Shown piece by piece: positions 51,030 through 63,438 of a stretch of DNA of 64,000 nucleotides (its first letter is position 1; each line of letters starts with the position of its first letter). A program made the position numbers and the translations under genes. Source of the DNA: Ramazzottius varieornatus (Eukaryota > Animalia > Tardigrada). A model generated the notes under the pieces. The model saw only the letters and a program-made list of their open reading frames with translations. It did not search any database and was not told the DNA's origin. The DNA is taken from positions 1,302,001 through 1,366,000 of the forward strand of contig BDGG01000008.1 of assembly GCA_001949185.1 (NCBI GenBank), written 5' to 3'.

Positions 51030-51125
51030 ATGAACTGAACCGGATCGGCGTTCCAAGCGTCGCACGCTCATGTTGATATCAGCTGTAAGTGTGCGCCACT
51101 TGGAAAAACGACCTGAAGTAATTCG
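51030..51125. repeat. Palindromic element copy (just 3' of the SLC17 stop codon)
   Basis: TTCCAAGCGTCGCAC...GTGCGCCACTTGGAAAAACGACC. Confidence 0.7.
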
Positions 51126-51151
51126 ATTTCTGGAAGGTTTATTTCTTATAG

Positions 51152-53028
51152 TTAGTCCCAAATTTGTCTTTTAGCCGTCGCGAACACGCCGTAGACAACC
51201 GAAGCGCCAGCGTACAACCCGGAGGGAATGAGGAACACAGTTTGCCAATTGGCCACACTATAAGCATTTGGACCATTGGTCAAGACACCAGTTATGTACG
51301 GTGCGACAATACCGCTGATGGTCCCTGCGGTATTCCCCATACCCAACAAGATACTCGCATAGTTCGGCGACATTTCAAAGTACGCCACCAGGTACCCCCC
51401 ATAGTTCAACCCACTGAACCCCACACCGACCGTGAAGAGCGCCACTACCAGAACACTGTTACATCCAGAGAAAGCGACTCCTAACAAAGACAAACCACAC
51501 CCAATAAACGCGCAAAGAGACATAGACTTTCGCAAAACGGTGGCCGAACAGAACTTTCGGGTCAGAATCCAGTCCGTTGTACTGACCACAACCAACGTAA
51601 CCATCCAGCGAACCAAGTACGGCATAGCGGACAGTAGACCGTTTGATTTTAGAGAAAAACGATGAATGTTATTCAAATAAGTAGGCATGTTAGAAATGAT
51701 TACGTAGAACGCGTAACTGTGGAAGATCTCTACCAGAAGTAACGCGCAGACTGGAGCGCTTGTACAGATGGCTAGCCAGGGAACTACTTTCTTCTTCCTC
51801 GAGGAAACGGTTGCACCAGTTTGGAAGGAGGAGTTTATGTAGTCACGTTCTTCGACTGAGATACGAGGGTGGAGGTTGGGAGTGTTGTGAGCGAGGAGCA
51901 TCCAGAGCACAACCCAGACGAGACACAGCGCGCCGAAGCAGTAAAATATGGCTTCCCAACCGTGGTTTTGGGCAACAACTCCAGCGACGTACATTCCGAA
52001 AACGGTTCCCACTTGGCTTCCGCTGTATGAAAGAGACAGCAGACGGCCTCGTTCTAGTGGAGGAGCCCACTGACTCCACAGTGCGCCGACTGTTGGCCAG
52101 ATCGCGCCCTAGAAAAACAAGGAGTACTCCCGAAAGTAATAAACGTGTAGCCAGCCTATTCATATACAGTATTATGGGAGCTAGGCACACAAACTCGACC
52201 AAATCGTTTTCCCAAGAGGCGCACGCTTCCAGCCAACATCTTCAAAAACCTGCGCCACTTGGAAAAACGTCTGGTCGAGTTTGTTTGCCGAGCTTCCATA
52301 TAGGTTTTTCGCTGCAGATACATCGAAGTGCGCAGCTCCGATTGTGGTCCCTTACCAGAGCCGGGTATATAATTGGATACGGTATCGTGCAGTTCTTACT
52401 TGACATATGCCGCTGAGGACGCGGACGAGGAAGAAGACCCAAACACTGGTGTTTGCTGCCAGCGGTGAAAGAAGCGTTAGAAGTCCTAACACGAGCATGC
52501 AGAATGCGAAAGGCAATTTTGCTCCGTACTTGTGTGCGATCCAACCACCGGGAACTTGTGAGACCAGGTATCCATAGAAGAAGGAACCGTGGAGTATACC
52601 TTGAGTTTCGGCATCCCAGTTGAATTTCCTGCCCGGCTGCAATCACAGTTTTAAACTTTTTGTCTGCCCCACTATTCTCCACAGATGTTTACTCGTACGT
52701 GTACTTGTGCCTGTAGAAAAAATACAGAAGGCGACGCCGTCGGCAAGCTGGAATCGTTGGATGACCACACACTCGCCGGGGTCGAAGTCAGCGCTGGCGC
52801 CCGCGGATTGTAACAGGTATCTTGGTGAGATGCATTTTGAGCAACGGAGACGTTCCGAACGACAGGCACAGTCATTGCCACCATCGAGATACTTAAAGCA
52901 ACTCGACTTGCATACATGAAGATGAAGCCCACGAAAACCAGTACCATCAAAAGATGCCGGTGACCGATATTTCCACTGCCGTACAATCCCTTGACAGGGA
53001 TAACATTGACCGGAAGTAAAGGATCCAT
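51152..53028 (-). CDS. SLC17 (sialin-like) anion transporter, 3 exons
   Basis: Motifs YASRVALSISMVAM, FNWDAETQGILHGSFFYGY, WAPPLERGRL, VPWLAICTSAP, NGLLSAMPY and MSPNYASILLGMGNT. Confidence 0.92.
52174..52299. repeat. Palindromic ~125-bp dispersed element, best-preserved copy (SLC17 intron)
   Basis: TGGGAGCTAGGCACACAAACTCGACCAAATCGTTTTCCCAAGAGGCGCA-N27-TGCGCCACTTGGAAAAACGTCTGGTCGAGTTTGTTTGCCGAGCTTCCA. Confidence 0.9.
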
Positions 53029-53295
53029 GACACTGCCACCGAGCCCACCTTTCCAACTCTCAGCCTGGGAATCGTTTACAACTGACAAGAGGAAGCATCA
53101 TGGAAGCCAAATTACTTCTGTCTTCCGATAAGAAGAGTACTTGACCTTCGCCTCGCTTCCAACTGTTATCAGCAGAGACTTTTCAGCCAGAAATTTGGGT
53201 AAAGTGTCGTGTACTTCACGGTTTTTGACAATAAAACAAAACCAGAGAGGAACAAGAGATACAAAGAAGTAGAGAAAAATCTACTCGGTATCTCA

Positions 53296-55888
53296 TTAAT
53301 CTGAAGGTTTCGTGCTTCTGGCTTCGGACAAGTCCATCGCGGTTGCGAAAGAAGGCATCTTGAATGAGTACGGTCTTGGTCCCACGCTTCCCTTTCGCGG
53401 AATGGGGCGGAAATGGCCGAAATGCAAGGACTCTTTCTTGATCTGGACTTTGCCGGCTTTGGCGGTCGGGTTCGACGCCTCGCGAACGCTGAAGAGAATT
53501 CCACCAAGCTCTTGGTGCACCAGTTCGTTGGACGGCTGCCAGACGTCCTTCTGAACGCAATACCGTTGGACCAAACCTTCAAAAACGAGAAGTATAGAAG
53601 GCTCGACGAAGCGGAAATAAGCCGCTTTAGTTGTTCTTAGCCGTGGCTAAAGCAGCTAAAATACTTTTAGCCACGGCTAAAATGTATTGTGTGATTGATC
53701 GATTTATTGATGTTGAGTCGGGTAAAATAGTTCTGGCATCAATAAATCATTTGAACGCACAATACATTCTAGCCGCGGCTAAAATATTTTGTAGCCACGG
53801 CTAAGAACGGCTAAAACGGCTTATTTTAGCTTCGCCGAGCCTTCTATAACGAGAAGTTGTTGATTGGTCCCACGCTATTTTCCTCTTAGCAAAGTACGCC
53901 GGGAACTTGGGTATGATAAGCTTACTTTTGACGACCGCTAATTTTTCCTGGTCAAGTGCCTTTTTCCCTTGCTTGGACATTCGAGCCCCTCGTTCTGTGG
54001 GTACCGATGTTATGAGTTCTTCGATGGTGAAGGTCTTCTTCATTCCAAGTTTCAGAGCCTTCTTCCATGTGGACTGCTGGAGCATCATATCCTGAAACAG
54101 AAAGCTCAAGTTCGGAAACCACACCAAAGAGAAACTGTTGATCGGACCGTTAAACAAAAACCAGCCAACAGTCTTGGATGGAAGGACGGAAGAGTAACTC
54201 ACGAAGAGCTCTTCATAACCAGCTGGAACAGGTCCACTGACCGAGCTGGGGCCGGACGGCGAGTGTCCGGCCGATGCATTGGAAATCGGCTGGTCTTCCG
54301 GACTAAGGTTCCTCCGTCCATTGTAATTCTGTTGATAAGGCACAAGCCGATTGAAACAGAATTCTGACGCTTTCAAATGTAAAGCAGCGTTTACTTTACC
54401 AAGAAGGTGGGTAAATGTGAAGCCGCGGCCTGTGTCGGGTTTTGTTGCCGGAGGGCTGCGATCGTATCTCGCATTTCCACCACTTGAGCCGATAAATCTT
54501 CGTAGCTTCCTACACTTCCGTTTTTACGTTTCGTTAATTGCTCATTCGGAGATCGCATGGCATCGTGGAAATCTGATCCGGAAGCCAACAAGGAGGAAGT
54601 CGTGCAGTTGTCGACAAGCATACTGGGGGACTCTTCGTTGAAGGACTGCTGGTCTGCCGAAAAGGCCCAATCGTCGGTACCATCTGTCGCATCATCGTCT
54701 CGCGCGCCCTATGAACACAGAAAAAGAATTCGAATTCACACCATGAAAAAGTTGCAAGAAAAAACGATCGAAAATGAGAAATAGACGTAAAATGGACATA
54801 GCCTACTTCAACAGCCTGCATGCACGCGAATGCCAATAATGTACGACCTGGTGTATGCAGGTGTATGCAAGACTGGGATTTTGTCTGTCACTACTATACG
54901 ACGTACCCGGAGGTTGATTCCCAGTTCTTCGGCCCACCGATATCCTTTGTCTTCGTATGTCCTTTCGCTGGCAGCCGGAAAGAGCCGCATGCTCGCAAGT
55001 TCGTCCGGTGTTTTGTCATCTTCGATCCAGATCACTGTAGTATATAACAGAAATACAGGGTGTGGTCAGACTGTTTACGTATAGTTTCAGATAGCAAACG
55101 AAGGATATATTGAAGCGATAAGGTTTCGTATGGATCAAAAGCATTGACGCGGGGTGTTAGACAGGAAAAAGAAGTGGAATTTTCAGCTTGAGTTACATCT
55201 GGCGATAAAGACCTTTGCAGTGCTGTTGCAATCGCCTGAAAACTTTTATCGATCGGGCGATTCCAAAAAGGCCCAGAGTCGTTAAAAAAAAGACGAGCAA
55301 GTTATCAACATGGTCTGCTCCTTTAAAAAGGCAAAACACTAGGCGTCGAAAGCAAGCAGAAAAAGTTTGACATGATACCAAGAAATCGAAAAGAGAGACT
55401 GAACTCCCAGTGCCGATATTGATTACCTATGCAATTGTACATTTCCCCACGGTAATACGCCCGACAAATCGTTTTCTCTGTCACCACCGATCCGACGCTC
55501 AAAGGCTCCAGATCGCGTAACGAAATGGTCTTCACTGCAGGCGGACTTCCTAAGGATTAACAAAATATTAAAACTGACTTTCAGCATTTCCGAAAGCAGT
55601 CATTCCAGAATAAGCGTCACAAATGTTGGGAACGTTGGGAAATGACTTGATCATTATCGTTTTCCAAGTGGCGCACATTTCCAGCCAACAACAGTCAAGA
55701 CGTGCGCCACTTGGGATGGCGGCCATGTGCAATTCTTTGCCGTCGTCCCATTATTGTTTCTCAAAAGGTTCGAATATACCTTCTGCTTCGTGCCAGAATA
55801 CAATGGCACTTCCCACCACTGGACTTTCCTTCTTGACCGCGACGGTCCCATTGGTTATCAGTAGCTTCTTGCGAGGTAGTTCTGGCAT
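53296..55888 (-). CDS. BEN-domain protein A (unnamed N-terminal domain + low-complexity linker + BEN domain), about 7 exons
   Basis: Exons 55888-55780, 55549-55427, 55034-54907 and downstream splice in frame. The C-terminal WKKALKLGMKKTFTIEELITS..KKALDQEKLAVVKSLV fits the BEN pattern (F..EEL..S...K.LD..KL..K). Confidence 0.75.
53593..53848. mobile_element. 256-bp foldback MITE in an intron of BEN gene A
   Basis: Arms of about 100 bp (TATAGAAGGCTCG...CGAGCCTTCTATA) with internal TAGCCRYGGCTA palindromes. Perfect TSD ACGAGAAG at 53585-53592 and 53849-53856; it can also be read as a 10-bp TSD. Confidence 0.9.
55655..55745. repeat. Palindromic element copy (BEN gene A intron 1)
   Basis: Perfect 13-bp stem CCAAGTGGCGCAC (55664-55676) / GTGCGCCACTTGG (55702-55714) with a 25-nt spacer. 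Confidence 0.85.
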
Positions 55889-56499
55889 TGTGAGGGAACT
55901 CCGCGAACGAAAAACTTGGAACGTATGGTAGATTCAAAACGGAATACTCAAGGCTCAATGTATTCTATTTGGAAGGACTTCTGTCGATATTCAGCAAACT
56001 CAGCAAGACAGATTTTGAAGGTTCCTACGTCAGCTGTTAATTATCAGCATACGAGATGGTTTGCCAGCAGGCTGAAAGGAAAGAACTTTTGAAAGTCTCA
56101 GCGGATCTCGTGGCACTCTGAATGGAGCTGGCGCACGGCAGAGAGTCAAACGTTTCGTTTCCCAAGCAGTACATGGACGGTTCGACGCTTGAAACGTGAA
56201 ATGGTGGAAATGCTAAAATTAGACAAAGTAAACTGAAAACCGGCTGTTCAACAATAACGCCCAGTCGAGCTCTATCGATAAGATTGGTTACACACAGTGA
56301 GGAATGAAAGCCGCGTACGTGCGCGGGTCTTATCCAGCCACCAACATTTGAGCTCGAGTCTTTGCTTTTAGACTGTTTTCACATATGAACACGTTTTCCA
56401 ATGTTGAATAGTACGTTTTTGCCCCAGCACGACGCTCAAGTATGTTCTGTAAGCAAGCTATCGTTTGATATGGAAACGTCGAGCCGCCTATCTGTACAG

Positions 56500-57750
56500 T
56501 TCGCTGAACCTTGCCTTAGTACTCTCGAGTTGCTGAAAAGCATTTGATGAGCTGATACCCCCAAAGTCTTTCAGAGAAGGAAGGAAGGAAGAGCTCGCTC
56601 AAGCTAGCAGTCGATATCAGGCCTTTCACGTCCATATGTTGAAAACTGAAGCAGTCCAATAGTACGCTTCTTTGATCTGAAGCTTGTACTATTCCCGGAC
56701 TGCATCGTTGCACTAGTTGGAATGTTTCAACACCGGCGCCAATGTTTGCTATTTAACGGCTTCAACACCCAGATAAAGATTTTCCAGCACAAAGGTTAAG
56801 CAAGGACTTGCGCTTGTCTCCTCTATAGATTGCTCACTCAAACGTTCAAAGTAAACGAGCAGGGAAAGGCAAGGAAACGAACTTATCGCTGTTGCATCTT
56901 GTGAAAATCAACAGTGCAGATCGCTCACTTACAGGATTCCCGGGTTCCCTTCTGGGTTACCGCACGAACCACGTTTCAAAAACGGCAAAACAAAATCTTG
57001 GTGTACCGCCACGAGTTTCAATTTCAAGTCGTCAAAATTTTCAGGAAATTTTTGTGTGGTGGAGTCTACCAGGCTGACGTTTGAAGAAAGGCATTTGATC
57101 AATGACACGAGAAAATATGAGCAGCGATTCCACATGTTGACGCCCACTTCAAAGCATAATAATATCCTTATCGGGTGAGAGAGAGAAAAGTTAGTAGTTT
57201 GCGCGAAATTGCAAGACAAAAAATGACAGCTGCAAGCAAGTTTGCCCGACATTCAAGTCAGTGATTGGCGCAAGCTTCTGAATAAATTCAGGAGTTATCG
57301 ATCGACAGAAATTCAATGGAAAAAGCAAAGAATTAGCAGAACAACCAGTTTTTCCACAAGCAATTACTGCACAAGCGGCGGAACGTCTGATCATGAGCTA
57401 GCCTTGTAAAGAATTTATGTTCCGGGTACCACGGTATATACTATCATCGAAGCTTATTCTAATCCTTTACGCATTTCTTGAGGACGTGAGCTTTACACAA
57501 TGTGCTATACGCGTATCCATACGGAAAGCTCGAACATTTCGATGCGAAAATGCTCGTGATTTCGCAGTCTTTTCATGCTCGGCATCGAGAGTCAATGCCA
57601 CCGTGGGCAGGTCGAAACGCACAGAGCTTCTCCAAATTCAGACCGAAGGGCAGGAATTCTCTACCTGCCGATAGCGAGAAACCCAGGAGTTTTAAGATCG
57701 AGCATTTGAAACGTTACTCAATATTTCCGAACCTAAGTCAATAGAAAGAA
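56500..57750 (-). pseudogene. Possible degraded leucine-rich-repeat gene remnant
   Basis: Stop-interrupted fragments LNFCRSITPEFIQKLAPITDLNVGQT and VLENLYLGV resemble Cys-containing LRR units. Confidence 0.3.
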
Positions 57751-57904
57751 ACGCCCCGTCTAGCCGGGCATCAGAACTTTTCATGAGTATCGTCAATGCT
57801 AATATGTACAAACCTCGGAAATTCTACTGCCAAATAGGAAAAGACTATATATCAACAAGAACATGAACTCACGATGGTGAGATGCTTTGAAGGAAGATGA
57901 GAGA

Positions 57905-58751
57905 TCACATGTCCAGAAGGGTTCCGCGTACTTGGGCTTTCTTCTCTTCCAGTTGCTGCAAAAGAAAGCAACACTTTCACATAGTCTCACTGAAACAAAA
58001 CATCGAAATATTACAGTACCTTCTCGATCTCCTTCTTTTTGCTCCCCAGTCCTTTCCGTTCGAGTTGCTTCTCGATAATCTTGGCGTTGGCAGCATACGA
58101 GTCGGCCATATCCCTTGCTTCGAGCTCGTCCTCGTCTTCTTCGACGGTCGACACCGTGACAGAGCTGGTTCTACCCATGTGCGTTGTGGTTTTCTTGATA
58201 AAGGCTTTCTTCAGCGGTTCTTCGGCGGCCTTGATGGCGGCGCCAGACGAACCGGACCTACAGAGTGCGCCACTGACGATGAAGACCACGGGAGAGGATC
58301 GCTGCTTGTGCTCGTAGAAGGCCCACAGTCCACATGATCGGCATTTCTTCCTATACTGCTTCTCGATACCTTCCGGTCTAAGGAAAAAGATCGGTCAAAC
58401 TACAGTGCAATCGTCAGTAAGACGGGGATCATTTTACCTTCTCAAATATACGACATCAGCGTCGTCACACATCAACTTGTAAGCGTGTTTCGCTCCATCG
58501 ATTACTCTTGAACCATCTGTCGGTCGAAGAGGTAGCTTTTCCTGTGGGCAATCTAGAATACAAAGTGCCACAGTCTTTAGAATCGAAATGCTGGGTGGAG
58601 GAAAGACAGACGTACCGAGAATGCAGATCATTTGGCCGCAGAGGCAGTAATAAGTGTTGAGCGGTTTGTCTCCTTCGTATTCCTCCTGATCCTGAACAGG
58701 TGGCTCAGGCTGCTTGTGAACATGGTGGTGATGATGCTGCTGTTTACTCAT
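57905..58751 (-). CDS. STEEP1: STING ER exit protein / CXorf56 (UPF0428), 4 exons
   Basis: Motifs [80 protein letters not shown] and RGTLLD. Confidence 0.95.
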
Positions 58752-59787
58752 TGTTCCGGAAGGTATGTTTCACAGATAATAGAGTTCCGGAACCAGTCGA
58801 CGATATCCCAACGTAAGTCCCGAACAAAGCTGATATGTAACAGTGATGTGTGTATACCTGAACCGTTAGCTAGCCCGTAGTTGAGACGTCTTACTGGAAG
58901 CTTCTCGCCTGTTTCGACTATCCAGAAATCGTCCGAGAGGATACAGAAGTGAAGTTCTACATGACCGGACAACAATCAGGACTTCAGACTTGGGGATGGG
59001 AATAAACGATATCTGGGCGAAAATCCAAAACAGTCAGAGCGGAAGTGAGTCTAGAACTAGCCGACTGGGCATAATCAACCTGCCCAATCAATCAAAGCCG
59101 TCTACAAGCCCCAATGTTATCATGTCATGTCATATCCGGTCGACGGAATAACATGATATGACTTCCAGTTGCATTCCGAAATCCGAAACAGCGGTGGACG
59201 GATGATTTAGACAGCCTAATATCGAAAATTACGTAATTGTCTCGTGCGACCTGCCAAGGACTGCTAGGAACTGGCAACTTGGTCACGGGTGCGGAAATCC
59301 TGTCTTCGTTAGGCAAGTGACCCAGTGCTGAAACGGCATTCGAAGCGATTTTTCAAGATTGGAAAAAGATTGATTGACTGACTGCCGTTTTTGAGTTGGG
59401 CTGTACTTGGTGCTGGGAAGCCGTTCTGTGATTTTAGTAATTCACTGTCTAAATCATCCGTCCACCGCTGATCCGAAATCCGAATTTCCGAATCCGACTC
59501 CTCGACTTGTGCTATCAATCTTTTGCATTTTAGTTTTCTTTTAGGATTGCTGCCATTATCGTTTCCGGTGGATGTCGGACTGTTCCTCTGTCTTCCATAC
59601 TGTGTCTTCCACGATCCTCTTGGATCCAGAAGCACTGATACCCAGTCAGCTCAGTAAGTCAGATCAGCGCGAGGGATGCATATGATCTTTGCCGATTGCA
59701 CTAGAAGCCTTTGTTTTGGTTTCGAATAGTCCATTTCGTAAACCTACCCAGTTCTGCATATTGATGTCTTTCTCGTTGTAGGTCGGA

Positions 59788-61912
59788 ATGTCCACAAGCC
59801 CGCTGCACAAGAGGATGACGGGATCCAAAAATAACGGATGGCATGAAAACAGGCGGAGCGCCATCGTTTTCTGGCATGAAGCAAAAGGATGTACGTTTAG
59901 TGTCGATTTTTCTGACAGGAAAAATTTTGTGTACGAGTGCTTCGTCTTGAACTTATGCAATATTTTTCGCAGGTCCGCAGACTGTGAAGGCGATTCCGCT
60001 GTCCGACGTAGAACCTACTGGACAAGGACGAGTTTCCGAGAAGACGATTTGCCGTGCGAAGTATCGAGGATATCGATATCCTTGCATTGTGCTCTGGATC
60101 GAAGGTATGTTGGTTGCGTTTCGTACTGGGCGTTTGCATGCTCCCTAAAAAGCAGTTCGAAGTTTAGAGTGACGCCAGTCGTTATCGACTTTTTTGAGTT
60201 GCTCTGCTGCAGCCTGTAAGTCTGAATTTGACTGGCTGGCTTAGTCTGTCAGAGACTCAACCTGAGTCTCTCGGACTCAAAACGTGTAGATCGTGTCTAT
60301 CGATTTTCTAACTTTTAAGCTGATGTGTTGCAGATAAGTCGGCTGAGGATCTGACAGTCAGTAGACTCTTGCCTGAATCGAATTTGAAAATATTCGAGGA
60401 GAAAGGCTTACGATGGGCCGAGGAACTGGGCGTCCTTCGAAGGGTAGGCATGGATATATTTTTCACCATAAAAAATCTGATTTGCAGTTTGATTTATCAC
60501 ATCCCGATACGTTACACTGTTTTCATCTCGTAGGACTATGCCGAAGCCGACGGTCACCTCGACGGTCTTCTAGGCCAGCAAGCAGTAAGAACCTGGCAAA
60601 CTCGACAAGATCATTTCACCAAGTGAAGCACCTTTTCGGCCAATAAAACCGAAAAGGCACTTGGGAAAACGATCTTGAGCCTATTTGCCGAGCTTCCACA
60701 TAGTCGATAAAAGGAAAATATATTATTTTTGTGTTCAGTGCTTTGTTGTTTCAATATTCCTAAACTGTAGTCGGTTTTCTTGTTGCAGAATGGTAGTCGT
60801 CACCGATATGGGTCAAGCAGTACGGTCGAAGCTAACGGTACAGCTCTCGCAGGTTCAGCCGAAGTGGTCGAGCCAGAAGCTCCGTCAGATGTCCGGTTGG
60901 GTCATCCATTCCGTGAATCGTCCTCTATGACTTCTTCCAGTACTGGTGCTTCCTCCTGCGAACCGTCTTCCAGCACTGGGCGTCACGCAGGACTTTCCCC
61001 CACCTGTCAGCCACGCAAGCAAGCGCTTCCACGAAAAGTTACCATCCAGTTACAGTCTAACTCCATTCAAGATGACGGCGAGGACGACATTACTGACGAG
61101 GATGTCGGTACCGTGACCGTCTTCAAGAATGAATACGATATGGACGATGTCAATGAAGGACAGGAAATGGAAGCAGACGATGTAAGAAATGTGAGATTAC
61201 GGACTAGTTTGGAGTCTTATTTATCACGTTGATATGATAGTGATTTGGTTCTTCAGATGGATGGTGAATACGACCAAGGATCCGAGCCTTCCATGGAAGA
61301 CGTTCAAGGCGACATGTTGCCTACTCGCGGCGCTCTCAGCAGCATCAGCGACATTCCAACCGAACAAATCTTGGTAAGACCTCCGGTAGACCAACTCCGC
61401 AGTATATCTTCCACTCGTCAGTTCGAGTGCTGATGGGTTTCTTGTAGAAAAAGATGGTGCTTGAGTCTAGCTGGACGAAAGCTCTCCGAGTCGCCATGAT
61501 GGACATCTTTACCGTCGAAGAGCTTGCCACTTCCTTGCCGCATCAAGCCAAGAACGGAATGAAAGTGCTGGATCAAACTCGTTTGAATGTGGCCAAAGGT
61601 ACTCGCAGCGAAAGCATCTTTAAACCTTAATCTCTTGTACTTCTTCCTTCTCGGATAAACCTTTCGCATTTCCTGATGATGAGTCTCGTGTTCATGCGCT
61701 CTCATTCTGCGTCATATCTAGACCTGCTGATCGAATGGTGCGGTGCCAGGAACGCCAATCAGCCGACTCGTCGTCATCTCTGCCAGGCAATCCACAACTG
61801 CCTCATCAGCTGTCGCACCAGCAAGTACAAGTTGAAAAAGTTTAGTACCACTTTCTCTCCCGTGAAAGGAGAGGGTTTGGAGGCACCTCGATCGGGCCGC
61901 AAGAAATACTGA
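59788..61912 (+). CDS. BEN-domain protein B, paralogue of gene A, about 8 exons
   Basis: Exons 59788-59890, 59973-60104 and 60334-60443 encode SAIVFWHEAKG..EKTICRAKYRG..CIVLWIE..KGLRWAEELG. The C-terminal BEN segment reads SWTKALRVAMMDIFTVEELATS..KVLDQTRLNVAKDLL. Confidence 0.75.
60594..60699. repeat. Palindromic element copy with a remodelled inner stem (BEN gene B intron)
   Basis: GGCAAACTCGACAAGATC..CCAAGTG..CCTTTTCGG-N9-CCGAAAAGG CACTTGGGAAAACGATCTTG..TTGCCGAGCTTCCA. Confidence 0.8.
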
Positions 61913-62618
61913 GTGTTCTCGGTCGTGTTTGCTTCATCTTTCTGGGTTTTTTACTACTCTCCTCACTTTCAAAATCTCCACATACGTTACAGTATGTGGC
62001 ACGCATTATCTGCACTGCAAGAATCTCGCTTGACATTCCTATCTCTTCCTACTCGTTTTTGTTGTAGCGTACACCCTATGTGTTAATTTCATTTGGCCAT
62101 TATTTTACTTTTTATTCCATATTTGGTTTGCTGCTGTTGCTGGCCTTTTGCCTGTTGCGTTTTTGCATTTGTTGCCGCACCTTTGTCAGTTCCTCGCAGA
62201 ATTTTGTTGATTTATGCCTATGTCGTTCCATGTGTTTCGAAGAGCTAATCAGTTTAATTCTCCTTCATCCTTTTTACTTGATATATAACTGACTGCGTGG
62301 TAACAGATCGCACTTGATGTCAAATTCGATGACGATTGACCCAGTCTGAATAGTCGCGCACGTAAGTTGTAAATTTTACTTGATCCTGCGTCACTTGTAA
62401 CTGGCATCCAGACAGAATTTCCACCTCGCGCGCTTTATGCGTGAAATGCTGGCACAGATGCGCCACTTTGCTGTGAGTCGTGAATCACTTCCAGCTTACA
62501 GACTCGCGCACTTGGCATGCTGAAGACTTCGAACTGCGCCACTCCGAGAAGAGCTCAACCGTGTGTATTTTGTTCAAGAAACTAATCACAAGTAAAATAT
62601 GTAGTACACACGAGGACA

Positions 62619-63438
62619 TTAGTAGTTCTTCTTGGGTGGGTATTTATGTTTGTATTTTTCTTGAATGTCCTGGCCTTCCCATCCGACGGTGTTGGGCTTG
62701 TTATCAGGGGTGATTTTGGTCATAAGGATATCGTGAAACCAAGACGGTCTATTCGTTGGCATTGCAATCACCTTCTTTCCTCCTATAGTCGTAGGGTCCG
62801 TCGCTTCTCCCTCGTACACAACAACCACTTCCTGGTGATCAGGAACCCGAGCTTTGATATCCATTGCCGCTTGAATTCGCGCAGTTTCCTCCTTCACTTT
62901 CGCGTAGCACGCACCTGGAAATATTAATGCTGCATAGAATAATCAACTGAAAAACGAGAGACCTGCCCTTTCTTACCGCAAACTGTATGAGCTTCATGTG
63001 TGTTCCCGCAGTGTAAGCACGTTATCAAATCTGTCCTAGGCCTCCAAGGTCTCATGTAAGAGAGGCCAAACTGTTTTACGTGCCGTTTCTCCCACGACTT
63101 CCTCTTCTTCGGCACTCCCCAAAAGATACCGTCTTTCAGTGACTCCAGAAATGATTTCTGAGAGCCATCGGACGACGGATGGCTTTGCAGATTCCCGAAG
63201 GCAGAGGGTTGCTCAACTGTGGCTAGCTGTGGTAGACCTGGGAAGGAAGATAACAATATAATTACTTACACAATAAATCATGCTATGATCTTCGTAGCGA
63301 ACTCAACAACGGTATAGAAATGCGTAAGTATCAAGAGGATTCGAGCAGGGTTCACTCACCTGGAAAAGGCTTCCCCATGAAGATGTCGAGCAATGCTTCA
63401 ACGCGGCGAACAGCGAGATCAAGCTTGACCCTAAACAT
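62619..63438 (-). CDS. MRPL32: Mitochondrial ribosomal protein bL32m, 3 exons
   Basis: GIFWGVPKKRKS motif, zinc knuckle CLHCG..HTVCGACY, VVVYEGE and RPSWF. Confidence 0.93.

Noticed and set aside
51760-52416. Long antisense ORFs (this 218-aa ORF, also 44522-45067 and 27604-28122)
   Set aside because: They are shadows of real genes on the opposite strand, cross introns and contain no domain motifs.
59323-59637. CAGTGCT...AGCACTG hAT-like MITE in the STEEP1/BEN-B intergenic region
   Set aside because: Only 7 bp of inverted repeat and no matching 8-bp TSD; plausible but unsupported.
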